Part shown: piece by piece, positions 11,936 to 25,374 of the stretch
Layout of the letters: each line of letters opens with the position of its first letter
How positions within the stretch are numbered: the stretch's first letter is position 1
DNA from: Felis catus
Taxonomy: Eukaryota
Assembly: GCF_018350175.1 (NCBI RefSeq)
Contig: NC_058368.1
Location: 46,626,001-46,690,000 of the forward strand
Direction: 5' to 3'
Length of the DNA: 64,000 nt
Position numbers and translations under genes: made by a program
Notes under the pieces: generated by a model
What the model saw: the letters and a program-made list of their open reading frames with translations, nothing else
The model's database searches: none
Told to the model about the DNA's origin: nothing

Positions 11936-13561
11936 TCTCAATCACTACATTTTATCAGGCCCTTCTAAATTCTGATTAGTATGTGAACAATTCAATAGAA
12001 AAACTAGTAATGTATCAAAAGGCATCTTAAATTTTGAAGAGATCTTTCTGTCTAGTTTTCATTTCGGTATACTACCCTGCTTTACTTAAACGCATTGTTA
12101 TTTAACCAGTCAATGAGAAGCCTGTGCTTTTGGTGTGAACTCATCTTGAGTGATCTTTTATTAATGTACATTAACCAATTTCAAGGACAATAGGATAGGG
12201 TTACTTTTGAAATGCTTTTTCAAGAAATGGATTTATATTCACCTAAAATAATCCTAATTCGCACAAGACTGCTTATTATGGAAACAATCAGATAAACTAA
12301 GTTGTCCCAAAAAGTACCATTGTTATAAGAAAAACATTATAACACACTTAGCAGAGATATAAGAACCCAGGTGGCTAATCTGATTTTTTAAAAAGAGATT
12401 CGGCTTTGTATGTTGATTAGTACAAAAGAAAGAAATCACATTTGTGAGTTTAAATGCACTATTCTTTTCTTTTCAAATGAAAAAGTAGAAATTACTGCAT
12501 GCAAATATTCAATATTCATTTAATTTGCATAAAGGTGCTTGAACAAATTTTTGATTCTAACAAGCTCATTTTTCATGCGTTTTGTCTTTCATCCTAATCT
12601 AGCATCTGTCATTCCTTTTTGAAGTTATTATCGGCCCAATTCCCTCTTGGACATGGTTGCTGGGTGACCGGTATCTTAGCACCCACTTTGACAGGAACAG
12701 ATGTGAATCTGATCAAGAGATTTCCCAAGAGTACCTGAAATCACAAACAACTTTTGTGAAAAACAAACAGCATCCCTGTCATGGGCCCTTATTTAACCTA
12801 CTCCCCAAAAGAAAGAGCTAAGAAGTTTACTCTAGATCAAATATACCATTTTTAATTTTATTTCCTAAACTTGGAGCAAAATAAATTTTAAAATATTACA
12901 TTTTCACACTGTTAAAATTGGGGAAACCAATCTGAATTTCAACAGCTCAAAAACCTGTTTTTTTTCTGTTTGGGGCTAGATGCTTATAGGTAAATTTCAT
13001 GATAAGCATTGATATTTTCATGCACAATTTCACTAGAGTTTCTACCAAAAAAACAACAAGATCACTATGAGGATAATTTAGATGACAAAGATATTTAAGA
13101 AGATGAAACGTAGTTTGGTGTCGGAAGGCTTTCTACATTAAGTATGACGTAGAATCTTGTACAACATTAAGGATTCCTCTACTCATAGAGAATTATCTAA
13201 AATATAAAAGTACCATCTCTCATGCATTTTATGGCAAACATTTTTAAAGTATTTTTTCTTTTTGCAGTTCATGTGGTGTACCATCAATCATTATTGGAAA
13301 TGGACCTGCAAAGTGCCACTAGAAGACAAAAAAAGGTCACAGAAACTTCATATTATCACCATTACAAATCAGAATAGGTTGCCTCTCCTGAACCAGATTC
13401 TTTTTTAGAACAGCATAATGTGGTTGGGTCATGTGATCCACCCCCTTTCCTTCCTTTTGTCAGATTGAGAGAAAGTGAAGAGCAAGAGCCATGCTAAATC
13501 ATCATCAAACTAGTTGGGTCAAACTTCCAAATGAAATATTTAATCAAATGTTGATATTTTA

Positions 13562-13759
13562 GGGGCACCTGGTTGGCTCAGTCAGTTGAGCGTCCGACTT
13601 AGCCTCGGGTCATGATTTCCCGGTTTGTGAGGTTGAGCCCCGCGTCGGGCTCTGTGCTGACAGCTCAGCACCTGGAGCCTGCTTCGGATTCTGTGTCTCC
13701 TCCTCTCTCTGCCCCTCCCCTGCTCATGCTCTGTCTCTCAATAATAAATAAACGTTAAA
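13562..13759 (+). mobile_element. SINEC_Fc-type SINE with perfect 16-bp TSD
   Basis: AAATGTTGATATTTTA at 13546-13561 and 13760-13775. Confidence 0.95.
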
Positions 13760-16378
13760 AAATGTTGATATTTTATAAATATGGTATCAAAGTAATCTTA
13801 GGGAACATCCAAATAATTGATTTAATTTTTCAGCCTCATTCCAGTGTCAAGACAATGCAGAAAAATGTTAGCTTATGGTGAAAGCAAGATATTTTCTTTT
13901 GCCACCTAACAGCCAATAAAAAAGAAAAAACAACATATGTTTAAAGCTCTAAATATTTTCTCCTTGATTATTTTGACTTATGATAGGAAGGAAAGTGGTA
14001 TACTTTCCACTGGAAATTTCAATGTTTTCCTCTACTCTAAGAATCGATTTGTTATAAGCATTGTTACTAGGAATTTTTATGTTTGGTTCTTGTAGGAAAA
14101 TAACCAATCATCCAAACGATTTTATTAATGTTAAGTGGAAAAAAAAAAGGTGAAAAGTCTTTAAAATTATTTTTAATTTTGAATTGGGGAAGGAACATGC
14201 TAAGCTTGGTTCCAAAATCCTATCATGAAATTATTTAGTCATCATAATTGTAACAGCAGATATTTGAGTAGGGGTAAAAATGTATGCATGTTGCTTTATC
14301 TTTCATAAAGTGTTGCTGTGTATGTAGGATTGAGAACAAGTCATTCTATATGGAGAATGTTCGGTAGTCTCGTGATGGTCATTTAATACCATCAGTTATA
14401 AGCAAAGAGACACTATAGCCTTACCCATTTACATTCGTTATCCATTGGTATATGTAGGATACAGCATTTTGATATTACAGAAAATAAGCAAGCTATTACC
14501 CACCTATTGTGAACACATGATTAACTTCAGTTTTACAGTGCAGGCCCAACCACATAAAGTACATACAACTAAAACAGGAATAGCTTTTATGTATCCAATT
14601 TATCATTAACCACCTTCATGTGTTACTATTAGTGGTAAAAGCAGGCTTCAGGAAATCCCTTCATATAGTCCAACAAAAAGTAAAATAAGGAATATAACCT
14701 TTTAAAATGCCAGTCTAAGAAAATTAAACTTATCCATTAAAAATCCTTACTCCGAAATGTTATCACAGGGAGCAACTCCCTAAAAAAGTTTCTTCCTCTC
14801 CTTGGGCTGACTCTTTAGTGGAGGGAAATCAATAAAAAGTACAAAATAAATGTCCGATTAAACAATTTTGGTTTAAACTACTTATATCTAGGACGTATAT
14901 TTAAAACATAGATATTTCGTTTTTAAAAGTAACATCTTACTCCCATGTGAAAACTTGAATATCTGCAAAATTTTGATGACACTTTGGCTTACTGGTGAAG
15001 TGTCATTTATGAATGATATTTTTTAAATTTCCTAAAAATACCTAGTTACTAAATTTGGTAGCCAAACAGGTGTTAACAGAAAGAAAAATCAAATTTGACC
15101 CAGAAGGCTCCAATATTAAGGTTTGAATTGGGATCAGTTCATTCCTTTCCCATGGGGTAACTTGTATAAATGTAATTCTATGGTTTCATAAAAGCAGGTC
15201 AAGTTTCTATCCCTGGGGGTCTTTTGGCAATTTGAAGCATGGAAGCACTGTTGCTGGCTACAAGTTCAAATCTGCATGTACTATCAATGGGGTGAAGAAA
15301 AAAAATCAGTGAACAGCAGACATATATTCATCTTGGATTATAATACTAGCACTTGTCAGAGGGTACTTAGAGGGTAAGAATAAGGGTGTCAGAGCTCACG
15401 AGTCATAAAATATCTTGAAATCATTTTTACTTATAAATATATACGCATACCAGATAATGCAAAAAGTAGTATGAAATATGTTTCTTTTTTGATAACAAAA
15501 TGCAAAGGTGAACTTTAATGTCATTTTGCATTTACTATGTGCAAGGTTTTTTTTTAATTCCACAAGCTTTAGAGGAGGTAGAATTTTTCAAGTAGTCACT
15601 GTTTTTTAACCTCTTTTCTACTTCACCAAAAAATGCATGCATTCTTGCACTTTTACCAATGATGTAATGACTTGACAATGCCATGGAATGATTGAGAAAG
15701 TAATTGATTTCATTTAACTGGACCTCTACCAGGTGTTTTGAAAGACAATGACGGTCCACTGCAAGAAGTGGTAATACACATCTTCTTATGGACCTGCAGA
15801 TTAACCCCTTGACCTCATTCCTAACTCATCGCATTGATGGCAAAGCTTTTAGAAGAGCAATCATTTTTTTTTAAGTTATGAAATTGTTTTCCTATCATTT
15901 ATCCACTGATTGTAAAGGATATGCTTGCTCCAAAGTGCAAGCAGCAATGAAATAAACTAATAAAAGAAATGGAGCAATGACATCAACCACATTAAATGTT
16001 ATTCCATGATGTACAGATTCTAGTACCTAATAGTTTAATATCTATTTCATACAAATAAGATAATTCTCTGACAAATATTTTCTGGAGAGAATTAAAAGTA
16101 CACTTCAGTTATCATAAAGGTATAGGAAAATTAAGATAAGTTTTTAATCATTGTCTTACTAACAATAGAACATTGTTTATTATAATTACACTTTAAAATA
16201 TTTAAGTATAAATTATTTCTTTTGCGCTAAAATTAATTCTAAATATATTTTCTATTATCATTCAGTAAAACAGAATTTCTTTTTCAGTGTTATTTTATAT
16301 TTCACTAAATTGCAGAAGGTAAAATTAAAGTCAATTTTTTGGTAAGTTGTTTGTCCTCCGGCCCTATGTCCTACAAAG

Positions 16379-16380
<2 letters not shown>

Positions 16381-16425
<45 letters not shown>

Positions 16426-16438
16426 CGCCGCGCGCGCA
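16381..16438. repeat. Compound (GT)18(GC)6(CG)4 microsatellite
   Basis: Read directly. Confidence 0.95.
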
Positions 16439-18869
16439 TTTGGGGGGAGGGGGTGAAAGAATACAAACACACATACACATATATGTAAAAGTTTTCTAAT
16501 GAAGATATTATAATTATTTAAGCATAAAAACATAGACTACACATAGGCTACGGTTAATATAAACAAAGATATCCACCACCAAGACTTCTAAAATACTGAT
16601 AAAAATTTTACACCTGTTGCATACACAAGGGCATCTATCTTAGTACAAAGTGTGTGACTGGTAATAAGACAATTAAAAGTGTTCTAAATTATTCACTTAA
16701 AATCCAGAGGCCATTGAACTACATATTGCCTAACTCAAGAAACAGTATTATTTTGAAGATATTTTCAATATAAAATAGGAATTAACATTTTAGGATATGT
16801 CAGTATATTTTCGTAGAGTTGTGATAGGTTCAAAGATTTGTTACACCTTCAGCGATTTGCTTTGTTCATACGTAATATAGGGTTATGAATAATACAACCC
16901 ATTTACTGTTGCTATTAATAAAATTGCAGAATATAATCAGTTTAAGATTTTAACAAAATACTTTGTATGCTTGATATGTGAATATAATAAAGTATTTCTT
17001 GATTAACATATTCTAGAGATTTATTTTCATTATCTTTCCTTAAGAAATGACCAGCATCCCTTAAATTGAATTAGCAAGTATTTACTGAAAATGCTTCTAT
17101 GTGTTTCCATAAAATAATTCCCTTTCAACTAGTACTCTTTCTTTCCTGAATATGTCTTGTTTGTCCTTGATGAAAAGTATTATTTTTTTCGTGTTGGGAC
17201 TGGAAAAGCAACCTAATTGATACTATATAAATTCAAAGATAAGTTATACTGTGACTTTTTAATACTTTACCTCTCCATTCATTTATTCTAAGGAAAGGAA
17301 AACATTCCTCAGCTCTTCAATGTTACGAACCTAAAGTAACCAATATACTAAATTGCCTATTTCATTATTGTTTTCATGAAAATCATGCCTGAAAAGCATA
17401 TTCAATTTTTTTGTCAAACATATATACTACCTTCAAAATCCACTGCAGGATTATTATAAGTCTACTTACATTAAATTACATTTATGTTCTTCAGATCATA
17501 GTAGTTTTGACTTCCTGCTAGAAACATGCAATGGATTCCAGGTATTATATTCATCTTATATAATAATATGTTTTAAATGCTTCAGCTAAGCTGTCTTCTT
17601 TTTAAATCATTGCTCTCTAAAACTTTTTTAAAAATAAGTAGCTATTCACTGCATCACTGTGCTGCACAGTATTAGACATTTCAATATACTTATAAGCACA
17701 AAAATAGAAGAGCAATTAAATAATGATATAGTGAGTTTTCCAGTTTAGTAAAGTTGTCTTTGACAACTTTCACTCAAGTCACGTACTTTTATACATGTAA
17801 AAGAATCCCAGCCTGATATCCTGGACCAGCTCCAAGCTAATTTGAATCAGAAAGCAACAGGGCCACACCTTTAACAAAATTCAGTCATTGGCCACTTCAA
17901 TATCCAACTTAGAAAAATCTACAGATGAATTTGTTTAAATGGGTGAATTAGAATCCTCTTAGCATATAAAGTAAGTCCAGGTAAGAATACAGCAGAAAGT
18001 TAAAATATATTTGGTTCAAGGCCCCTGGTTTTGGATTAAGTAATGATTTGAGTCATTCTCTATATGATTTTACATATCTGTACACCTATAGCTCTAGCTC
18101 TATCTATATATGACTACATATACAAAGGGGATGATTATCTGCTATTTTATTCAACTAATTTTAATTCTATCATTACTTTGAAAAACAGTAAAATTTCACT
18201 GATTGTCTAATTGACTAATTTATATTGAATGGATAAAAATTCTCTTCATAGTCATTTGCACATTTAAATATCATGAACTATAACACACACACTCTTTACA
18301 GATTCTTAGAAGACTTCTCAAAGTAAATAGGTACATCAAAATAAAGTGACCCACGAGTTGATCTAATAATAACAAATTACTGGACCAAACGTAAATATAC
18401 TAATCTCGGTGTTCTTGTTTTCCAAAGAAATAATTTGGTAAACTAATCTCAGTATCTGAATGAAGTAATTTCTGTATTGTGGAATATACTAAAAAGCACA
18501 TATCAACAATTAAAAGTTATTCTGAAAGACACTTACTGTAGCAAAAAATTACTTTTGCCTGGAAATACTTCAGACAAATTGAGAAGAAAAGTAAAGGAAT
18601 TTGAGCACAATGTGGGCTCACAGAGCGTCTGCTATGCCTGAAACACGTAAATGTGAAGATCAGGGCCTTTGATATGACACTCAGCTAAGCCCCATTTGCT
18701 GAGCTTTTAATTCAGGGTTTCCTTCATTAAAAAATAAATTACTGAACATAATAAATATAATGGAAAAGAGGTCCCCTAATGCAGTCTCAAAGCCTAAAAG
18801 TATAAATATAAATGCATTCTTAGCTAAAATTTTTAACCTGTAGAACTTAAACAAGAATACACATGTATG

Positions 18870-18872
<3 letters not shown>

Positions 18873-18916
<44 letters not shown>
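18873..18916. repeat. (AT)22 microsatellite
   Basis: Read directly. Confidence 0.95.
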
Positions 18917-18918
<2 letters not shown>

Positions 18919-21900
18919 CTGACCAATCACAATGTAGTAACTCAGTAGTTAAGAGGATGGCACATGCTGGTACATGGTAAGGTCACTCTATTTTTATATC
19001 AATTCAAATATAAAATGATAAAACTTTATTTTAATTACATATTATTTATATTTAAATACCCAAATAGTTAATATCAACTTTATTTTATATTCCCTGTCAT
19101 TTTAAAAGTCTATAACGAGGTGATTTTTTTTTTCTGGTGAACAATCTGAAAATTAAATTCTTGAAAGATAAAATTCTGGCCAACTTTAACTTTTTTAAAG
19201 AAACAAGTGACCAAAACCTTAAAATCAAAATATTGGGTGAAATCTAGAAGACTCACCTGTCCCTATTTAGAAAGCTTACTTCATATAATTTCTTCAAAGA
19301 TTCAAAGAGAAACAGTTTACAACCTGTGAGAGTTGCATTTCTTAAATTTTGCAATACATGGGTTCTATGTTGCTACTACAGTGCAATTTAAATGATTATT
19401 TTACTTGATTAACAAAGGCAATTGTATGAAACAATTTAGTAAAATAACTTGGAAAGAGAAAATAACACTAATTGATAGTCAAAGCACAAATTGTTCCTAA
19501 AATAACAACTACTTGGTTGCACATTAAGCTAATTTACAAATGCTACTTACATTCCAAAAACAAAACATCAAATGAGAAACAATAAAGCATATTATGTTTT
19601 CGCATGCTGGTGAATCACACATGGTAAATCACCAAAGAGAAGAGTGATTTATGCTCAGATCCAGCCAAGACTTTAATCAATATTGGGTGTCACATCTCAG
19701 GAGGTTGGGGGAGGTAGTGAGGCAAAAAGAGAATGGCTAATATTGGTCTCAGTAATTTATACGCAACTTCTGTGAAATGTAGATTAAACAAAAAAGTAAC
19801 AGCAGATTTGGACTAATCAGAAGAAGGTTCACAAAGTCTGTATTAAATGTGATACAAAGAATTTATGTAAGGGAACTATGAAAACAAAAAAGTCTGTTTA
19901 TTTTATATAATGTTTGCAGCTTCACAAAATAAAATATCCTATGTGCAAATCAAATTAAGTGTCTCAGAGCATTAGCTAATCATCTGTGGAGTTCAGAAAG
20001 TAAACCATCTTCATAACTATGTGCACTCTTTACAATAATGACTATGTGTATTACTGGAGACTAACTCAAGAAAAACAACAGGTTGAAAAATATCCAAATA
20101 ACTCAAGAATTTGCATTACATAATACAATTTGATTGAACAAGGTAAATCCTAGGTTAGAATATTCTTAGATTTTGTTTATGTATTAATTAAACTATAACT
20201 TAGTAACAGTTTAAACGTATACAGAAACAAGTGGCAGAACCAAACTTAAAGTTTCATATTTTAGGCCTTACTCTTCTAATTATGTCATATTATTTAGGAA
20301 ATGTTATAAAATGAAACATTAGGCTTTATAGGAGCCATTAATCGACTGTAATACAAAAACTTCAAAAGCATAGTCTCTCTTCATTTGAAGTAATTTTAAT
20401 CTCTCTGTGCCAAGTATCGTAATTATCTGTTAGAAGTGAATCTGTATTTGTGTTGAAACTTTCTATTACTAATGCAGAAGTGTGTAAGTCCGTGCCATTG
20501 AAAAACATGCAGTGGGGGAAATGTTTAATAAATATAGACTGGTTCAGTTTGCCATCTTTATTAAAACTCCTGGCAAACAACAGAGCCAAGTGTTGGAGAA
20601 TATTTTATATTTCTTACAGTAAAATTGCATCCATATATTACTACTGGACAAAAAAAGACTTGAAGAGTCTTTCAATTTGCTGTCGATGGATAGTATTGAC
20701 TTTTAAGACAAAGGAATACTATTTGTGAATATATCTATATGCATATAAAATGTCTGATAAAACCAACTGGAATCTATTTAAGTTAAAAACCTCCACAATA
20801 CTAGGGCTACATAAGACCCAAATCCCAATCTGGTTTGAAAGATCCTGAAACAAAATCTCCCTCTGGCAATATTCAAAAAATAAACATTTTAGATAACACA
20901 ATACAGCAGTCACTTTTTATTACCTGAATTCACAGAAAATTGAATCCTAACCCAAATCTACAAACAAGCGACTGACTCATACAAACAGAGGCTTGACCAT
21001 GTACATAATTACTTTTCTTTTGTTGTTGCTGTTTAGTGGTTACCAGTTAATTAAGTGACCTCTGATGCACCAGCCAAGTTCATGCAACTAATGTTTAGTT
21101 TAAAAATAATAATTGGAGGAAGCTGATCAAGGTCAGACTCTGTCCTTTGACAACTTTTAAATATATTTCCTTACATATTCTCTCATTTTTGGACTCTTAC
21201 TTTTAGCTTTACTATCAAGCAAGTGATAGTCTCTGTTTCATCTCCTTGTGGTAGTGACAGATGGCTTCAACATTTATTCTAGTTTTTATAGATAGCATAC
21301 TGATGCAATAGCCCCAAGCAAATTAAATCCACTCTAAGGTTTGTCACCAACTTACTGAGCCACTTTGAGCAAGTTTATGAACGTTTTTTCTCTTTGATAT
21401 CATTTTGGTTTCTCAGATTCCCTGGTATCTAAATGCTATCAAGAGACAGAATTAGATATATGTTCTGTAAAAAGATGAGAGTGCTAAGATTTGATGTTTC
21501 TTACAAACTATGTATATATTATTTTATATAGTTTGCCTTTTGCACAGTTTGTCTTACCCTCTGCATAAATTATTCCTTTAGATCGTCTCTTAAATAGCCA
21601 AAGGAGAAAGAAACCAGAATGAAAGAAATCAATATATCTAGGTGAATGAAAAAGGATCTTAATAGAAAAGGCATAAACTGGACTTGAATGGAAAGAGTAA
21701 TTTTAGTTTTGAAGATCCAAGGTGCAAGTATTGTAGGTATTGCTTTCAAAGTTAAGAAATAAGACAGTAACACCTGTAATTATCATTAAAAATAATAGTG
21801 TAATATAATGCAAACAATATGTTTTAGTGACAGGGAGTTCCACGATAAGTTTTCTATTTTTTTTTACAGTTTTGATTTACAAATTGATTTTTTACAGATT

Positions 21901-24508
21901 TGATTACAGTGCAGAGTTAAGAAAACCTAGGTAAAGATCTCCAATTACACATCTTCTAAGGTTAATGACTGCTGTATTTGCATGTATATAGGTTTGAGTA
22001 AGGCTTGTAGATGATGAAAGATCAAAACGCAAGAGTAAACCAACAAACTAACCACGTTTAACTTAAAAATAACCTGAAACTGAGTTTTAGAATAACACGT
22101 GTAATTGTAAAATATTAAGACGAGGTGATTGAAACATAATTAGGATATTGATGAAATATTTTTGAAGAGATATAATAGTTCTATTGGATTTAACTTATGT
22201 TGGCTGTGAAAGTTTAAACTCCAGAGCTATTGTTAACCTCAGGGAAAAAAAAACTAATTAAAACATTTTTGTTAGTAACTTTAAGAATATTTTCCAACCG
22301 TATAGTGAGCACTTCAATTCCAAACACTAAGCAAAATTTCAGGGGAAAAAAAATCAAGGGAGTAATTATAAGAGGGGTACCACTACCTGCTTTACATTGA
22401 TTATAACGTTGCAGTCATTGAAAGAAGTTTTCTCTGGCAATTTTTGTGTGTGTGTTATGTGTAATGGTCATTAATTATCGAGTACAGTATGTGCTGTAAG
22501 AAACACACAAAGAGATTTCAAGAGCAGAATGGTTTGATTACTAAAGAGAAACACAGTAGCTTTTCACCAAATTACTAGATAGGTAGACAATTTCATAACA
22601 ACCAACTGGCTTCAAATTTCAACTAGCATTCTTTCCAACTGTAACAATTTTCTGCCCTGGTTTGAGTACTTTTAACAATACATTGTTGGCAAATATTTTA
22701 TCTTCTGGACGTCCTAGGACTCCAATTATCTCGGTAAATGACGTTTAGTGATCAAGATCACCCCTCAATCTTTACTGCCACCTGTCCATCCTCGGGCACG
22801 CGCGCGCGTACACACATGCACGCGCTCTCAGCAGTCACCCAAAAATAATAGAAATGAAGGTTCAAAACCCAGACACACACTCAAGACCCCATGCAAAGGA
22901 TGGCAAACAAGGAAAAGAGTTTCTGGCTAGGTCAGAATAGGACATTTGCAAGGTTCGAGTTGGGGTCAGCTTTCGTCTTACAGCCTTCCCGGGGCACTAG
23001 CCAGAAGTCTTCCAAGGAAGTAATAGCTAGGGGCTTTTTCACCCCTGTTTCCTTCTGGTCTCGTCCTACCCCTCTTTTCTTCGCAGCTCAGTTGCCCTAG
23101 CTCTATGAGGGGACACACCTCCTAAAAGAGTACAACTCTCTTCCTTCTCCCGGTCTTAAACTTATTTGGAGGGTATCGCAGTCCCCGCGCAAATTTTGCG
23201 CGCAGTTCCCACGCGCCCGCTTCTGGTATCCAACTTTCCCTACTCTCTTTCTCCAGGCATCTCAACTTTTCCCTCTGCCTGGAACGGGGGACCAGGCGGC
23301 ACTGTGAAAGCGGGTGGAAAGAACATTTCCACCCCGAAACTGACAAGTTACCCCACTCCCGCCCCCTCTCGGTAGATCCTCCCCCAGTGAGCGTTCATTA
23401 GCATAAAACCGGTCGGGCCAGGCACCGGGTCCCCCGGCCTCCAGGGTTCGCGCGCTTTGCCAGGCTGTGGAAGCCACAGCACGGGGGATTCAGGTCTGCG
23501 GAACACCCCAGTGCAAAGCTTGCACCTGCTCATTGCGTGAGCTACTAACCTTCAAAAAATAAAAAATAAAAAAATAATAATAAAGTAAAGAAAGAAAACG
23601 AAAAAGAAAAACAATTTGGAGAGAGAAAGAGAGTGTGCGCTCCAGTCTTCCTTCCCCATCTCTCCAGCTCAGCTTCCAAGAGTCTCAGGCACCCGTCAAC
23701 TCCCCCGGCAGAAGGAAACCCGCTGGTTCCCTCGCATCTGCCCCGGGGCAAACGTACCCCTTTATCTCCTTTGCACAAGCTCACAGGCGGCCACACGCAC
23801 ACGTGCGCGCACACACAGACCCCTCCCCTCAGCGGGCTTCCCCTCGGGGCTTTGGGACTGAGCTCGCAGCGGGTCCCCCGGGATCGCTCCGGGGCTTCTC
23901 GTCCTCGGAGGTCTTTTCCCTCCCGGCCTCGAAGAGGCCCAGGCCCGCAGCTTCCTCGCGGGCCCCTCACCCGGGGCGCGCCTTCCCGCTCCCGAACCCA
24001 GCGGGTCGGGGTCACGACCTCTCCCCGCCCCCGGGACGCCGCTCGGGCGCCGCCGACCAGCCCCGCCGGTGCCCCCCCGGCTCGCGGTGGAACCCGGGTC
24101 CGAGGGAGCACACACTCTGGCAGCCGTGCTGTGAGGGGTCCCCAGACGCTGGCGCGGCCCAGGAAGGGGGCTGTGGCTCCTGGAAATGCACGGTCCTCCT
24201 CCTTCCCGCCCCCTCCGCCCCGAGGCTCGCGGTTCCCGCGTCCCACAGCAGCCAAGCCCCTGCGCCCAGACGAGCAAGGTGGGGACCGGGCGGAAGAGCG
24301 AGATCTGGGCAGGGTGAGGTGCCAACTTGTCAGAGGGTCGGGAGCGGCTGGCGAGCCTCGAGGAAAGGGAGGAGAGGGCCGTGGTCTCCAGGGCGCGCGG
24401 CTCGCGGGCGCGCGGAGCTGGAGGCGCCAGGAAGGGAGCGAGGGAAGGGTGAGGAGGAGGCGGGAGGAAAGGGACCGCGGGCGGCGGAGGCTACCCCCCG
24501 CTCTTTAC

Positions 24509-24877
24509 CTTGCGTTGGTGCAGTCATTGTAGAGGGTCTCGAAGTCCTTCCTGGAGATGAGTTTGCAGCGGTTCACTCCGGGCTGGATGGCGCCCAGTCC
24601 CCTCAGGATGCGAACCTGTTCCACATTGCACACCACCGGCGTGATCTCCAGCCGCTTCAGCTTGGTGTAGACCGTGTGCAAGCCCCCCACCAAGTGCTTC
24701 AGGAACAGGTCGAAAGCCTGGGGCAGGCAGATCAGCTCGCAGCCCTCCACCGTGAAGGAAGCCACTTTGGCCCCCCTCAGATCCACCATTTTGCACTCAT
24801 TATTCTGAGGGGTGTTTTCCACTGGGGACGGGGTCGAGTACACGGGTTTCCCGGGGAGGGGGCCGCAGCTGCTGCTG

Positions 24878-24927
<50 letters not shown>

Positions 24928-25008
24928 GCTGCTGCTGCTACTACTGCTGCTGCTGCCGGTGCTCGCGTTGATGGGGGTGCTGGAGGCGCCGCCGCCGCCG
25001 GCGCTAAT

Positions 25009-25065
<57 letters not shown>

Positions 25066-25374
25066 GCCGCTCGCGGTCGCCAGGCTGGGGTTGCAGTTGC
25101 TGCCGCCGCCGCCTCCGTTGCCCGCGCCGCCGCCGCCGCCGCCGGTGGAGGTGACTGTGGCTGCCGCCGCCGCCGCCGCCGCCGCCGCCGAAGCGATGGG
25201 CTCCGGCCGGAACAGAGTTGGCCCTGAGGACGCCGGGGGCCCGATGGACGGAGCCGGAGACGAGGTCGCCGAGGAGGTGGAGGTGGTGGTGCCGGAGGAG
25301 GAAGCAGACGTGGAGATCGGGGGTTGAGGGGGGACCAGCTGGGTCGGAGGGATCAAAGCCGCCGGCACTGCCAT
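24509..25374 (-). CDS. DACH1: DACH1 coding exon 1 (866 nt, ends in phase 2): N-terminal low-complexity region plus DACH box-N (SKI/SNO/DAC) DNA-binding domain
   Basis: Translation MAVPAALIPPTQLVPPQPPIST...NNECKMVDLRGAKVASFTVEGCELICLPQAFDLFLKHLVGGLHTVYTKLKRLEITPVVCNVEQVRILRGLGAIQPGVNRCKLISRKDFETLYNDCTNA is the recognisable DACH1 N-terminus. The ATG at 25374 is in strong Kozak context (ACCATGG). The exon ends at donor AAG|GTAAAG (24509/24508), so the ORF-track stop at 24505 is intronic. Confidence 0.97.
24868..24954 (-). repeat. Coding AGC/AGT triplet repeat encoding Ser29
   Basis: Sense structure (AGC)3(AGT)2(AGC)7 AGT (AGC)11 AGT (AGC)4, read directly. Confidence 0.95.
25009..25068 (-). repeat. 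Coding GGC repeat encoding Gly8-Ser-Gly11
   Basis: Plus strand (GCC)11 GCT (GCC)8. Confidence 0.95.
25159..25188 (-). repeat. Coding GCG repeat encoding Ala10
   Basis: Sense (GCG)8 GCA GCC. Confidence 0.95.

Larger units (their letters stand above)
1..24508 (-). other. DACH1: DACH1 intron 1 (proximal part; continues beyond window start)
   Basis: GT donor at 24508. No recognisable continuation of DACH1 protein (expected next residues SSRPGRP...) in any ORF within 1-24508. AT-rich, repeat-interspersed sequence. Confidence 0.9.

Noticed and set aside
19251..19340. Possible 67-nt poison exon on the DACH1 strand (CTCTCACAG|19323...19257|GTGAGT) with immediate TAA
   Set aside because: The donor is strong but the pyrimidine tract is short. 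Such pairs are expected by chance in 25 kb of intron and there is no independent support.
23633..25327. Long plus-strand ORFs (530 aa, 299 aa, 171 aa poly-Leu/Pro/Ala) antisense to exon 1
   Set aside because: Shadow ORFs caused by high GC content and triplet repeats opposite a real CDS. The two longest start at non-ATG codons and none has a recognisable domain.
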